A stretch of DNA of 59,581 bases, filler included, from Dirinaria sp. TL-2023a (lineage: Eukaryota): the NCBI GenBank assembly GCA_051941275.1. It is 2 parts of 2 records of this genome, joined end to end, with 100 filler letters (N's around TTAATTAATTAA, not from the genome) between each part and the next. Parts side by side here need not be neighbours in the genome. Positions count along the whole stretch, not along the records: positions 29,921 to 59,581 come from JAVEBF010000112.1; 1 more part is not named here. The stretch is one strand, 5' to 3'. Below the pieces are notes generated by a model, which was given only the letters and a program-made list of their open reading frames with translations, was not told the DNA's origin and did not search any database. The position numbers and the translations under genes were made by a program. Within the stretch, counting starts at the first letter, position 1, and every line of letters starts with the position of its first letter. Shown piece after piece: positions 46,520-57,350 of the stretch.

Positions 46520-48313
46520 ATGGCGGCAGCGCCCAGCTACTTCGACCGCAAACCTCCCTCCAGTAACCGACCAGGACTCTCCCATCTCCAACAAGACCCG
46601 AGCTCCCCACTAACTCCTCAACGCAACTTCTCCTCAACTTTCTCGTCACCCTCGATAAGCTACCGTAACGAGGAAGAAAGCTTCGTGTTTGAACTGGGTT
46701 CGCGCCACCTCTCCGCCGGGATTGCAGGTGAAACACGCCCGCGATGTACGCTGAGCTTCGGTCCGGAAGACTCGCGAAGAGTGGGAGACTACAGACGGTG
46801 GCTGCCCGAATATAAAAAAGTAATACGGACGCAAAGGGAGAGTGAATGGAGTCAGGACTATGAGCTATGGCGAATGGATCTCAGGGAAGTTGATCTTGGC
46901 TTGGTGGAGGACAAGATTGAAAGGGCGGTACGAGAGGCGCATATCAAGTATTTTCTTATGGATCAAAAGCCTAGACGCTTGGTTCTTGTACTACCTTCTA
47001 TCATGCCTCATCAATTGCTTTCGAGTGTGCTGTCTAGTATCTTTCTGAATTTCCAATTTCCGAGCATTACACTATTTTCTACGCCAATTCTCCACACGAT
47101 TGCAGCTGGGTGTCGCTCAAGCCTTGTTGTGGATATTGGCTGGGCAGAGACGGTACTTACGGCGGTATATGAGTATCGTGAAGTCAAGCAGACTCGAACT
47201 ACCAGGGCGACGAAGAGCATACTGCTCCAAATGGTGAGGATGCTTGCCCGCCAAGATGAACCGGCAATGAAGATCCTTGCGGAGGGCTATTATGAGGCAT
47301 TGGTTCAGGCAGACTTTGACGTCGTAGAAGATGTGACCGCCCGGATGGCCTGGTGTCCGAAGAAAAAAGCGGAGCCGGGTGCATCGAATATCCAGGATAG
47401 ACCAACGCGGGTTCGGAAAGGTCGAAAAAAAAGAATGGAACCGATCTTGGAAGAGGACGCGGTCGGAGACGCTGAGAATGATGTGGGCACTGAGGCTCAG
47501 AACGCGGACTCAAGCCAGGAGCAAATGGACACGGAGGACCCGATAATCGCGATCCCTTCACCATTTACCCCCGGCAAAACCCTTGACGTGCCCTTCTCCT
47601 ATTTCGCCCTTCCCGTTGAAACCGCTCTCCTGGCCGACGGTAAACCCACCCGCCAGCTCGACGACCACGAGCAGGCCGTGCACCTGCTAATGTTCAAGAC
47701 CCTCCTCGGGCTCCCCACGGATGTGCGCAGCCTGTGTATGTCTCGAATTATCATCACAGGCGGCGGCTCGAATATCCCTGGCTTGAAAACCCGGCTCCTG
47801 GACGAAGTTTCCGCACTGGTCGAGGAGAGAGGCTGGGGTGGCGTGGAAGGCGAAGCAGCAGACAAGCGACGGCAGCGATTGAAGGAGATAAGTCACAACC
47901 TGCAAAAACGGGAAGGGGTCGAAAATTGGCCAAAGAAGGAAAGCAAGGCGAGCCTGGAAGATTCATCCCGTGCTGAGCTGGTTCCGTCTGCTGCATCACT
48001 GCAAGAGCAGATCCATGACGAGATCACTCGGAAGCTGGAGCGTGACCGCATCAAAGGGTCCAAGCCTGCAGTATCAGCGGTTATACGCGGCGTTGAGTCG
48101 CTTGGTGCGTGGGCTGGTGGGAGCCTGCTTGCAGGTCTGAAGGTCAAGGGTGTTGTGGATATCGAGAGGGATGCGTTTCTGCAGCATGGTCTGGCGGGAG
48201 CGCGAAAAGAAGCTGACAGTAGCGGCACACAGCATAGACAGAGCGTCGGCCCCAACATTGCAAGAGGAGGTATACAAGAGCGATCAGGCTGGACATTGGG
48301 AGCATGGGCTTAA
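46520..48313 (+). CDS. Actin-related dynactin subunit Arp11/RO7 (Arp10 family)
   Basis: FELGSR.L.AG.AGE..PRC, LVEDKIERAVREA, LVVDIGWAET, RIIITGGGSNIPGLK.R, ESLGAWAGGSL, C-terminal WTLGAWA. Confidence 0.85.
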   Translation: MAAAPSYFDRKPPSSNRPGLSHLQQDPSSPLTPQRNFSSTFSSPSISYRNEEESFVFELGSRHLSAGIAGETRPRCTLSFGPEDSRRVGDYRRWLPEYKKVIRTQRESEWSQDYELWRMDLREVDLGLVEDKIERAVREAHIKYFLMDQKPRRLVLVLPSIMPHQLLSSVLSSIFLNFQFPSITLFSTPILHTIAAGCRSSLVVDIGWAETVLTAVYEYREVKQTRTTRATKSILLQMVRMLARQDEPAMKILAEGYYEALVQADFDVVEDVTARMAWCPKKKAEPGASNIQDRPTRVRKGRKKRMEPILEEDAVGDAENDVGTEAQNADSSQEQMDTEDPIIAIPSPFTPGKTLDVPFSYFALPVETALLADGKPTRQLDDHEQAVHLLMFKTLLGLPTDVRSLCMSRIIITGGGSNIPGLKTRLLDEVSALVEERGWGGVEGEAADKRRQRLKEISHNLQKREGVENWPKKESKASLEDSSRAELVPSAASLQEQIHDEITRKLERDRIKGSKPAVSAVIRGVESLGAWAGGSLLAGLKVKGVVDIERDAFLQHGLAGARKEADSSGTQHRQSVGPNIARGGIQERSGWTLGAWA

Positions 48314-48403
48314 AACAAGCCCCTAAGAGGAGTGATTTCTATCGCCATATCCAAAATAACACCCGGCTTTGAATGAATAGCATCTCAAGAAGAAACCGTC
48401 TGC

Positions 48404-49558
48404 TCAACAGAATACTTTGAAAAAGCCCCAAAGCCCTAATCCGCTCAGTACCGGTATCGTCAGATTATCGTCCCATCCAAATATATCAACGACCTCACTC
48501 GCGCTTGCAACGAACCCGCTCCACAGGCTCACCACTCCAAGTGCTGCCCATCCGCCTAGCGTCGCTTGCCCTATATCCCACCCCAACAGGCCGTTCCTCA
48601 CAGGTTCCGGGAGTTGGAGTTGGCCCGTGAACATGAATCCCTCCGTAAACCCATACCTCGGAACAGCCCAGCCCCAGAACAAGCCCGCCGTCAATAGCCC
48701 TACAATCGCCGCGGCTGCCGAGCCCGCCAGACTCTTGCCTCGTCGGAGACGGGGGGTATACCGGCCATAGAGCCTTCCTACTGTACTAGCAGCCGTGTCA
48801 CACCAACTAAGCAACAGCACACCCATGACTGCCACGTCCTTAGGCAGAAACCTCAACACAGTCCACGCACCCAAGAGATACCATATCACGCCGTTCCAGC
48901 CCTCGACCTCGGTTTCGCGCATCAGCGCCCCAACCACACGAATATACATTCTATTAAGGCCTGGGAAGGTGTGGCGGAGGTAGTCGAGGGAGGCGATTGG
49001 TATAAGGGCGCCGAGGAGGTAAGGGTGGATGACGGAGGAGGAAATCCCGCGGGAGTAGAAGGAGAGAGTGAAGAAGCCGATGGAGACATGCAGGACTTTC
49101 CGCGGGATCTCGTGCCGATGTATGAAGCTACGCCAGTGGCGGTGGATGGGGATGAGACCGAGGGGCGAGGGTGAACGGCTGAAGGTTCGCCAGTAAGACG
49201 AGGAGGCGGGGGCGGCGGAGGTTGGGGAAAGGTGGCCGTTGACGCTACCATTGGATGGCTGTTTCGTGGAGGGTGCCGAGACATTGGCATTGGCAGGAGC
49301 GGTAGGGTTTGATCGGGCTTTCTGCTGCCGAGCAAAGGTTTTTGGAGAACGGCTGCGTGATCGGGCGCGTTTCTCAACCGAGGAATCGGAGGAGTCAGAG
49401 GAGGGTGATTCGGGGATGGAGTTTGGCGAGGTGTGCCGCTTTCGAGCGGCGGAGCGAGTTATAGGCGCGAAGTAGCTATCCTGCTGGATATTCGTAGAGG
49501 GGGTGGGCGTGGCGGAGATGACCTGCGGGGTTGATGGTATGGCATATCGCTGTGACAT
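48404..49558 (-). CDS. DGK1: CTP-dependent diacylglycerol kinase
   Basis: HEIPRKVLHVSIGF, LMRETE...WNGVIWYLLG, LSWCDTAASTVGR.YG, KSLAGS, DDNLTIPV. Confidence 0.92.
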   Translation of the reverse strand: MSQRYAIPSTPQVISATPTPSTNIQQDSYFAPITRSAARKRHTSPNSIPESPSSDSSDSSVEKRARSRSRSPKTFARQQKARSNPTAPANANVSAPSTKQPSNGSVNGHLSPTSAAPASSSYWRTFSRSPSPLGLIPIHRHWRSFIHRHEIPRKVLHVSIGFFTLSFYSRGISSSVIHPYLLGALIPIASLDYLRHTFPGLNRMYIRVVGALMRETEVEGWNGVIWYLLGAWTVLRFLPKDVAVMGVLLLSWCDTAASTVGRLYGRYTPRLRRGKSLAGSAAAAIVGLLTAGLFWGWAVPRYGFTEGFMFTGQLQLPEPVRNGLLGWDIGQATLGGWAALGVVSLWSGFVASASEVVDIFGWDDNLTIPVLSGLGLWGFFKVFC

Positions 49559-50309
49559 ATTTGGAGGGAAGAGAAGTGGGAGCGAAAAGCGTGGGATAAG
49601 TCCGGTTATGGAAGGGCCAAACGCCGTTCCCACATTGAAATTAGGTAGTAGAAGGAAGTGGAGATGCGTCGCTGGGACCACGGAGTCTGCTATGTTGGCG
49701 GAATAGCTTTAGAAGAGAAACTGCCGGACGGCCGAACAGCGTCTGCTATCGTCTGACAGATATCGTGGGCATGGCTTTGGAGGAGTTTTGCAATGGATAG
49801 GTATTGTCCGAAGAGGGCTGCTCAAGGGCGAACGAGGGGCAGCGATAGGCAGGTCGACGTACTAGAGGGCTTTCGAAACGTAAGGTAGGAGAGAGGCAAG
49901 GTATGCTAGGCTGAGAAAAGCCTGCTGCTGTCCTCAGGTGAGCCAGCCTGAAGCTGATGTTGCTGATTACTACATAAGGTAGTACTTCATCCAGAATCCC
50001 ACCCACGTCCAGTTCGCCAAGAGATTCTTTTGAACTAAACCTAATTAGGCGAATGAATTCTTACCTTAAGGTACCCTCGGTCCCTCGGTACCTTGTTTTA
50101 CCGAGCAACAGAAAGAAAGGGAGAAATTCTGTATAGGGTTAGGGTTGCGAGACAACCTCCCGCCTCGTCCCTCTCCTGCCCTGGTTTGGCAAGGGAGAAT
50201 ATTGCCTTGATTAAAATAAAATACCGAATGCTAAGGCACACTTTTCTTTGATACGCACTGAAGGTACCGAACCCGTTCGGCAAATGTTGACTTGGTGATG
50301 GCTTCACGA

Positions 50310-51312
50310 ATGCTTCCGCGTATCGCCGCCAGCGCTTCAGCAGGTCTGGCCGCAAGAAATTATGATGATGGGACTAGGAGTGCTAACTGAGTGTACAGGA
50401 CTCAAACAGCACCCTTTTTCCGCCTCGGCCTATCTTGGGTCATTCTTCAGCATTCCTGCACGGACCTTTGCAAGTTCCAAAGGTCCAGCGAAAAGAAACA
50501 AGAAGAAGAAAGGCCGAGCTGCTAACATCGCTCGACACTTGGTCGTCAAGGCACAGCCTGCAATTCGAGGCATCACTACCCCCTTTGTCAAGTCCTTAAC
50601 AGCCCCAATCCACCAAGACGTACCATTACCGATAGAGTCTCTCGTCAACCGAGCCAAACCCGGCCGTCCTAATCAGCCAAACCCTTCACCAGCCTATGCG
50701 GAGATTGGAGACTATCTCAATCACTACCTTTCCAAGCCTGAACTCAAAGAAGCCCTTGAATACTCCAGGGATCTTGACTCCCCCCTCATACCCTCCGACA
50801 GCGAAAATGCCGACCCGACTTTCGACGCGCAAGACGCAGAGGAGCGTGCATTTCACGACGCCTCTGCCACAGCAGCAATAACCCGCATCACCAGCCTTGC
50901 CAACGCCAGCAGCCGGGACCGCACCAAGGCAAACATCAGACGCATCATCGAAAAATTCGGGCGGCACAATACAGACGCCTCCCTTCGCCCAAAGGCCAAA
51001 TCCCAAGCGAATCGGGGGGACGCACAAGAGCCACTTGCGGAGCAAACGCTGAGAGCCGGCCCTGATACTGGTAGCAGTGAAGTGCAAATTGGGATCCTGA
51101 CAGCCAAGATCCGCAACTTGGCAGATCGGTACGAGGGCGAGAACCGGAATGACAAAATCAATAAGCGGAATCTGCGCCTCCTGCTGCACCGGCGGCAGAA
51201 GCTGATGAAGTATATGGAGAGGAAGGAGAGGGGTAGCAAGCGATGGCAGAACATGATTGAGACTCTAGGGCTAACTGCGGCGACCTATAAAGGCGAGATT
51301 TCTCTTCGGTAA
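50310..51312 (+). CDS. MRPS28: Mitochondrial ribosomal protein uS15m; exons 50310-50343, 50399-51312
   Basis: Presequence-like N-terminus; S15 signature DTGSSEVQIGILTAKI, DK.NKRNLRLLLHRRQKLMKY. Confidence 0.9.
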
Positions 51313-52637
51313 TAGGAGATTTAAGGTATGATACAAAGTGCATTCGGCAGGCAAGGCTCAGCTATGTGATGTGGAATTGATATCAAAACCATCCCTATTC
51401 CAGCATTGAGGTTTCAGAGCAAAATGAGAGAAAATAAGAGTTCTATCCCTTTGTAAACTTACTTATTTACACATTGTTTTTCACCTCATCGTTTGGTGAC
51501 CCTCTCAAGGATTCTTCTTCCGCAAGCGAGGAATAGTCCTGGAGCACTTTTACACAACGTATGTAAGTAATCTTACATTATTGAATAGTCCATAAAAGTA
51601 CATTGAAGGTAGAATTCAGCAAAGCTGTCAACGCACACCGTACTTAGCTCGGTAAGGTTCACACGCCCTCTACCAGGGTTGCCTCGAGGAAGCCGAATCT
51701 TTGCGCGCAAATCCTGGGCTGCTTGACAATTGCAATTAAGGTAGGTCCGCTGCCTTAAGAACAATGGCTTGAAAAACAATGGAATGCCTTGATGAAGAAT
51801 GAAAAAGTATGACGACTACATTGTTAGGTGCCTAAATGTTTGGTCAATTCCCATGCATCTGCTTCGTGCTGATGTCTATTCTGCTCCAATGTCTAAGGTA
51901 CCTTGACAATTCATTTCACACTCAATACGTAGCGAATCGAACCTCTGAGATCGACCTAAGGCCATGAACCTAATCCTAAGAAGATATGTCCCACGTGACT
52001 GACCTCGGTGATGCAATCATTTCCTTCATTTCTTGCCGGACAACACTCGTCCTCGTAGCTTTATTTGTGGCCCCATTGACACTGAAATATGCTTTTCCGA
52101 TCTCCACCCTCGTCAAGGCAGCTCCGTCTCTTTCTCTATGCGTGCCCTTTAAATACAATATATGGGTCACTCTGATACCATTGTTGAGGCCTGAATTTGT
52201 CCTTGATTCAACGTCTGCCTGACGGCTGCAAGGTGAGGGGATGCCCGTGAGCTCGAGCTGAAGAACAGGGTTAGGGTTTGAAGCGCTGTGGCTATCGCGC
52301 TCGTCGCGGTAAGCCTGAGGAGCGGGTCGAGCGGAAAGACTAACAAGCGAGTACGCTAGGCCGTATGCGGTAGCAAAGAATTGCCGAGGATCATCACTTC
52401 GCCGAAGCAGCATAACAACACAACAACACTTTCTATTGTGCTCCACACCTTCTTCCTCTTAGCAACCGCAGGTAAACAGCTACTATAACATAACAATCCT
52501 CCAGGTTTTCCTGCTCCATCTCATCTTTCTGCTCGTCGCAACACCATCCTGACTCTGCGCATTTGCTCACTTTCTCAACAGCAGAAGCATCCTCACGTAC
52601 ATCGCATTCTGCCTGCGGGCAATAACACGCGCCCATC

Positions 52638-55600
52638 ATGAAGACACGAGCACAGCGCCAGAAGGATAAGGAAGCTGGAGCGCCCACCTCACCTGCTCAT
52701 GAGCTACCACCCATCCAACCTCGACGAGCGACCAAATCAACCAAAGCTCGCAACGTCCAGAACACCCCTGCTCGCACCGCTGTTCGCAACGCTGCTCGCA
52801 AAGCCAGTGAACGAGAATCCGCCGGCGAGACGACCAACACCAACAGCTCTTTTAGTAACGATGTCGCAACCGAAACCCAGAGCTCCGAGGTAGCCGCAGA
52901 ACCTGACATCGCTGAAGAACGCGCTGGAGAGAGTCTAGAGCACGCAGATAGTGAGGCGGACAAGTCTCTTTCCACATCTCCACAGCAAAAACTACTCAAT
53001 CAGAGTACCGGTCAACAAGCTGCTCTGCCAGCCGCTCAAAGCCCGCATGGTGGGCCGGTACAGACACCCCGAGTAGTATCTCCTTTTGTTTCTCCCGCGA
53101 CAAGGGCCGTCCCTGACGACGAGATTCTTGGACAGGGCGCTTACGCTCCGTCTCCGTATTCTTCAAGCCCATTTTCAAGCTCACTATCAAGTGCGCCATC
53201 TTATCTATCGACGCCATCACAATCAGGTGCATCTCCTTTGCCGGCTGCCAGTGAGGCGCCCTCTGACACTGCTGTTGGCCCCAACGCTGCTTCTGTCCCT
53301 CCAGCTCCCATTTACCCCTCAAGGGAATGGCGTAAAGCGCGACCAATGGTCAACAAGCTTGGGCTGGGACACGACACGCTCATATCGTCGGACAATAGCA
53401 GCCTTGGTGAGACTCCCAGCGTCGACGGCCGTAGCTCTGAAGCTAGTCCGACCGTCGACGACGGTCTAAGTCCAACTTCGAGGGTCTGGCGATCGGCTCC
53501 CGTCGCCAAATTGACGAGCAACCAAGTGAACACGTTGCGTCGTTACGGGAAGACATTCCCAGAGGAGCCCTATGCAATCCTGCACCTGTGGGAGGCTCCA
53601 ACCCTCCAAGACTTGGAGTCTGCCCGGCCCGTCAGCGTACCGACGCTGGCCGTGGCCGTCCCCAAAGCGCAGATGGGCGATACCATCAAGTCCCTCTTAG
53701 CCAGATATCCAGGGACAACAGCACCGCCAAAGCTTACGGATGCAGCAGTGCAGACTGGTGGCTCGCCCACCGCGATCAAACGCAAGTCGACCGATGACGG
53801 AGGGGACGCGCGTCCGGCCCGTCGCGTCCGTTTCTCGGAGGACGAATCTCCGAGCCCGCCAAGACCAAGACGACGACGCAAGCACCTCATCGGGTATAGG
53901 CCAGGACCAATGTACACCGTCCAGGGCAAGCTCAAGTTGGGCCAACCAGATATCCCAGTCTATGCATACTCGGATTCGGAGCCCGAAGAAGAAGACGAGG
54001 ACGACACGGACATGGAGAACGGAGCGAAAGATGGTGAGAGTAGCAACGACAACATACCTGCGCCTGCCTCGGATTCTGCACAGCAGCAGCAGCAGCAATC
54101 GACATCATATCAAGTCGTTGAGACTCCTAGTCGTTGGGGAATCGGAAAGATCTTGGATTCGGCTTCGAGGTACCTACCAGGATTCGGTCGTCGGCCTAGA
54201 CCCGTAGCAATTCCATTTCCGCTCACAATCACCCCACCTCTCCCAAGCGGCCAATCCCAGCAACACTCTCAAACCGAGCCTCGCTTCAACACCCAACGTG
54301 TCATTGCTTCAGAGACCCCTGCAACTGCTCAACCTGGTCGTCGATCTCGACGCACCGACAAGACGTATCCCGAGAGCAATAAAGTTGCCAAGACAAAGCG
54401 CGCCACTGCCCGTGACTCACAGCGAATGTCGCGCCGCAACAAGCGTTTCCAAGATGAGGCCAACGCAGCGGAAGGAAAAGCACGTAACAGCCAGATAGAA
54501 CGCGACTTCGTCGACCAGCAGATCCGTATTCTGAACGAAGACAAAGCTCGAAAGGCTCTGGCAGCTCAATTTCAATGGCGACGTGAGAAGAGAGCGAACC
54601 CTGCTTCAACCCAAAAGCGGCCCCCATCGCCTGAGGTGATCCCCAATCCCAAAGGTTGTAGCTACGGCTTTGATCCCGACTACTTTGTCATTGACGATAC
54701 CGACGATGAGCCCCAGCCTCCTTCACCTACACCAGAGCTACCGAGCAAGAGTCCCTTTGGCGGCCTGCCCCCACCAGATCCATTGGTTGGCAGCCGTAAG
54801 AAAGCTCAGCCGTACAAAGGCGTCTTCTTCAGGGACCTCACGCGTGAGACACCGGCTTACGACGGAGGCAATGTCTTCAGGGAACTTGCTGTTGAGAACG
54901 CTGCTACAGAGAAAGCCGCCACCGTCAAGAGATCTGCAGTCGCTACACCAAAGAAATCAAAGGTCAAGGAGCCTCCTCGGACACCAAGCGGCGTTCTTAT
55001 CACGAATATGTCAGGCCATTTCACCGTCCCCTCGGACTCGGACTCGGACGAGGAGAGCGAGACGTCCGCAGGCGAAGCAGCCTCCACTGCAGCGGGCCCG
55101 GAGTCAGCTACACCAGCAGCGTCACCAGAAAAACCCATAGAGCAGCAGACTGCTTCTACCTCGCAGGCAACGTCTAGTACTTCCCTCAAGTCCAAAGCAC
55201 AGGCGTGGACTCAACCCCCTCCACCGCCGCCGAACCCTTCGCATGCCTCTTTACCATCTACCGCCTCAAATGATTCCGAGAGTCTCAAAGCAGCTAGAGC
55301 GAAAGCTTTGCAGCATGCGCCACGTAGGCCAAGCGGTCTTAGAGAGTCAAGCCGTATCACCTCGTCTCCGGTTGCAGCCGGTGGGAACGATGCTGTCGAA
55401 ACCCAGGAGGCTTCTACAACTAGCCAACCTCTTGCTGAGAAACAGAAGACTGTGCGTTTCGCTCTAGATGAAGACACCGCCCACCGTGAGCAAGCCGTCG
55501 ACAACCAGCAAGCTTCTACGACCACTCAGCCTCCTGCAGAGGAACAGAAGGCTGCGCGCTCTGCTGAAGCCATTGCCGAGCTTGAGCGAGACGTTGCAAA

Positions 55601-56165
55601 CAAGCCCACGCCGCCGCTTCACGAGGTGCTTGGTGTCCTTACCGAGAAATCGCCAAACGGACAAATTAAGGCAAGCTCTGCGGCCATGTATGATAAAAAG
55701 TATAGTGATACTAATATGGTCCAGGCTCCAACCAAAGCTTCGCCAGCCTCGGAAACGGAAGCTTCTACGAAGACAGATTCTAGCCCAGTTGATCCATTGA
55801 AGGTAAGTCCTCGGTACGTCCCTATCTACCCACCTCAAGATTCTAATCCACTTCAGACACCCAACAAGGCTGCTCTCCTTCGTATTGCTAAACTACCTAA
55901 TTACCCCGAAGGGTACCGTTTGGGCAACGGCCAATTTATGAGCAAGCAAATCCAACTCTCCGTCGAGGCGCAACGGACCGAAGATGTTGTCAATCGCCAG
56001 AACGAGGCCGTATATTTGGATTATCGAGGATGGCTAAGTCGCCGGATTCCGAGCCCACAACAAGAGAACATGAAAATCCCGCAAGATGATCTTGACCGCA
56101 GCGGCAATGCGACCGCAGGAAATTATCACCACTGGAGTGAGCACAACTCCGAGTCTTCTATCTAA
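52638..56165 (+). CDS. Large low-complexity (S/P/A/T/E-rich), probably disordered hypothetical protein, 1175 aa
   Basis: 3.5 kb uninterrupted ORF with good ATG context; basic NLS-like tracts; no recognised catalytic domain. Confidence 0.8.
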   Translation: MKTRAQRQKDKEAGAPTSPAHELPPIQPRRATKSTKARNVQNTPARTAVRNAARKASERESAGETTNTNSSFSNDVATETQSSEVAAEPDIAEERAGESLEHADSEADKSLSTSPQQKLLNQSTGQQAALPAAQSPHGGPVQTPRVVSPFVSPATRAVPDDEILGQGAYAPSPYSSSPFSSSLSSAPSYLSTPSQSGASPLPAASEAPSDTAVGPNAASVPPAPIYPSREWRKARPMVNKLGLGHDTLISSDNSSLGETPSVDGRSSEASPTVDDGLSPTSRVWRSAPVAKLTSNQVNTLRRYGKTFPEEPYAILHLWEAPTLQDLESARPVSVPTLAVAVPKAQMGDTIKSLLARYPGTTAPPKLTDAAVQTGGSPTAIKRKSTDDGGDARPARRVRFSEDESPSPPRPRRRRKHLIGYRPGPMYTVQGKLKLGQPDIPVYAYSDSEPEEEDEDDTDMENGAKDGESSNDNIPAPASDSAQQQQQQSTSYQVVETPSRWGIGKILDSASRYLPGFGRRPRPVAIPFPLTITPPLPSGQSQQHSQTEPRFNTQRVIASETPATAQPGRRSRRTDKTYPESNKVAKTKRATARDSQRMSRRNKRFQDEANAAEGKARNSQIERDFVDQQIRILNEDKARKALAAQFQWRREKRANPASTQKRPPSPEVIPNPKGCSYGFDPDYFVIDDTDDEPQPPSPTPELPSKSPFGGLPPPDPLVGSRKKAQPYKGVFFRDLTRETPAYDGGNVFRELAVENAATEKAATVKRSAVATPKKSKVKEPPRTPSGVLITNMSGHFTVPSDSDSDEESETSAGEAASTAAGPESATPAASPEKPIEQQTASTSQATSSTSLKSKAQAWTQPPPPPPNPSHASLPSTASNDSESLKAARAKALQHAPRRPSGLRESSRITSSPVAAGGNDAVETQEASTTSQPLAEKQKTVRFALDEDTAHREQAVDNQQASTTTQPPAEEQKAARSAEAIAELERDVANKPTPPLHEVLGVLTEKSPNGQIKASSAAMYDKKYSDTNMVQAPTKASPASETEASTKTDSSPVDPLKVSPRYVPIYPPQDSNPLQTPNKAALLRIAKLPNYPEGYRLGNGQFMSKQIQLSVEAQRTEDVVNRQNEAVYLDYRGWLSRRIPSPQQENMKIPQDDLDRSGNATAGNYHHWSEHNSESSI

Positions 56166-56449
56166 GATAGCAGGCATGACATTAAATCAGCCTCTACTTT
56201 TTCTTTTTCTGAAGCTGTTGCTTGACTTGGCAGCGCTGGGCCCGCCACTCTTCTCTGGCATCATTGACACGGCCTCTTGATCCGAACAATTAGCATATGC
56301 AATCGACCCCGCAATCGAAACACAAATCACTTTTCGTCTCTCCGAAGAAAGAAGCCTGGCCTCTTTCTACCATCGCGGAGAGTCACAACACATCTCTCGA
56401 CGATTTGTGAATCTTCTCTTTCACACAGCTTTTCTCTCTCACATGAAGA

Positions 56450-56970
56450 AAAAAAGGCTGGCCACTGTTCGGCATCCAAAAGGAGACTCAATCACCACTC
56501 TTTCGAAATCAGTAAATGCTAGTTTGTCGTACGCAGGACCAGAGGAACGAAATTGATCTTTCAAAGAATGCTGGCCTCTCGCTTTCCAAGAAGGCTCACC
56601 TCTTGTATTGCACATTCAGAATCGGTCTTGCCCCCCTGAGAACAGGCTAGCTTCTCTATCGGGCATCACAGAAACAGCATTAATCACACTTAATCATACT
56701 CCAAAAAGCTGGTCGCTCGATTTCAGCTGATCGCTTCCATGTACCGCAAGGACATGCTAGCTTTTCGTGTTGGCCATCACACAAACGAGGTTCGATTTTT
56801 CAGAGAATGGTGGCGAGTTCTCTTCCAAAGGTTCGCCTCTCATATTGCGCATCCGGGATCGGTCTTGCCCCTCCTGGAAAAGGGCCAGCCTCTCTTTCGG
56901 GCATCACAGAAACAGCCTTAATAATCCCATTCGAAAAAGGCTGGCCACTCGATTTCGGCATCTAAAAACC
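56450..56970. repeat. Degenerate tandem repeat with about 240 bp period (a little over 2 units)
   Basis: AAAAAGGCTGGCCACT..TTCGGCATC-like words near 56451, 56703 and 56935. ATCGGTCTTGCCCC and TCGGGCATCACAGAAACAGC each occur twice about 237 bp apart. Confidence 0.8.
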
Positions 56971-57112
56971 GCCTTTGACCATCTTTGTCATCAGCTCGGT
57001 GAGACATCCAGCCTTGCGCGCCTTCGACTACTTTTCCGGACAGCAAAGAGTTGCCATTCCACCGTTCTTCGCCTCTCGCATTCTCGCCTTATCTTCCTTG
57101 GATCTAACATCA

Positions 57113-57350
57113 GCTTTGACTACCTTCAGGTTACGTTGGCTGTCTGTTTATCCTCGTTAGCTTTGACTATCTTCTGATTACGTTGGCTGTCTTGTTTTCC
57201 TCCCTGGCTTTGACTATCCTCTGGTAACGATGGTCGGTGATTGCTGCTTTGACTACCTTCGGGTTATGTCGGCAGTGATCATTGTGCTTTGATTACCGAG
57301 TATGTCGGCTAGTGGAGTCGATGCTTTGACTACCTTCGGGCTACGTCGGC
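57113..57350. repeat. Six-unit array of an approximately 28 bp core (GCTTTGACTACCTTCGGGTTACGTCGGC) with variable 11-19 bp spacers
   Basis: Units start at 57113, 57160, 57207, 57246, 57286 and 57323. Confidence 0.9.

Noticed and set aside
57113..57350. True CRISPR array
   Set aside because: Eukaryotic context, no cas genes or leader, degenerate repeats, spacers only 11-19 bp and partly similar to each other.
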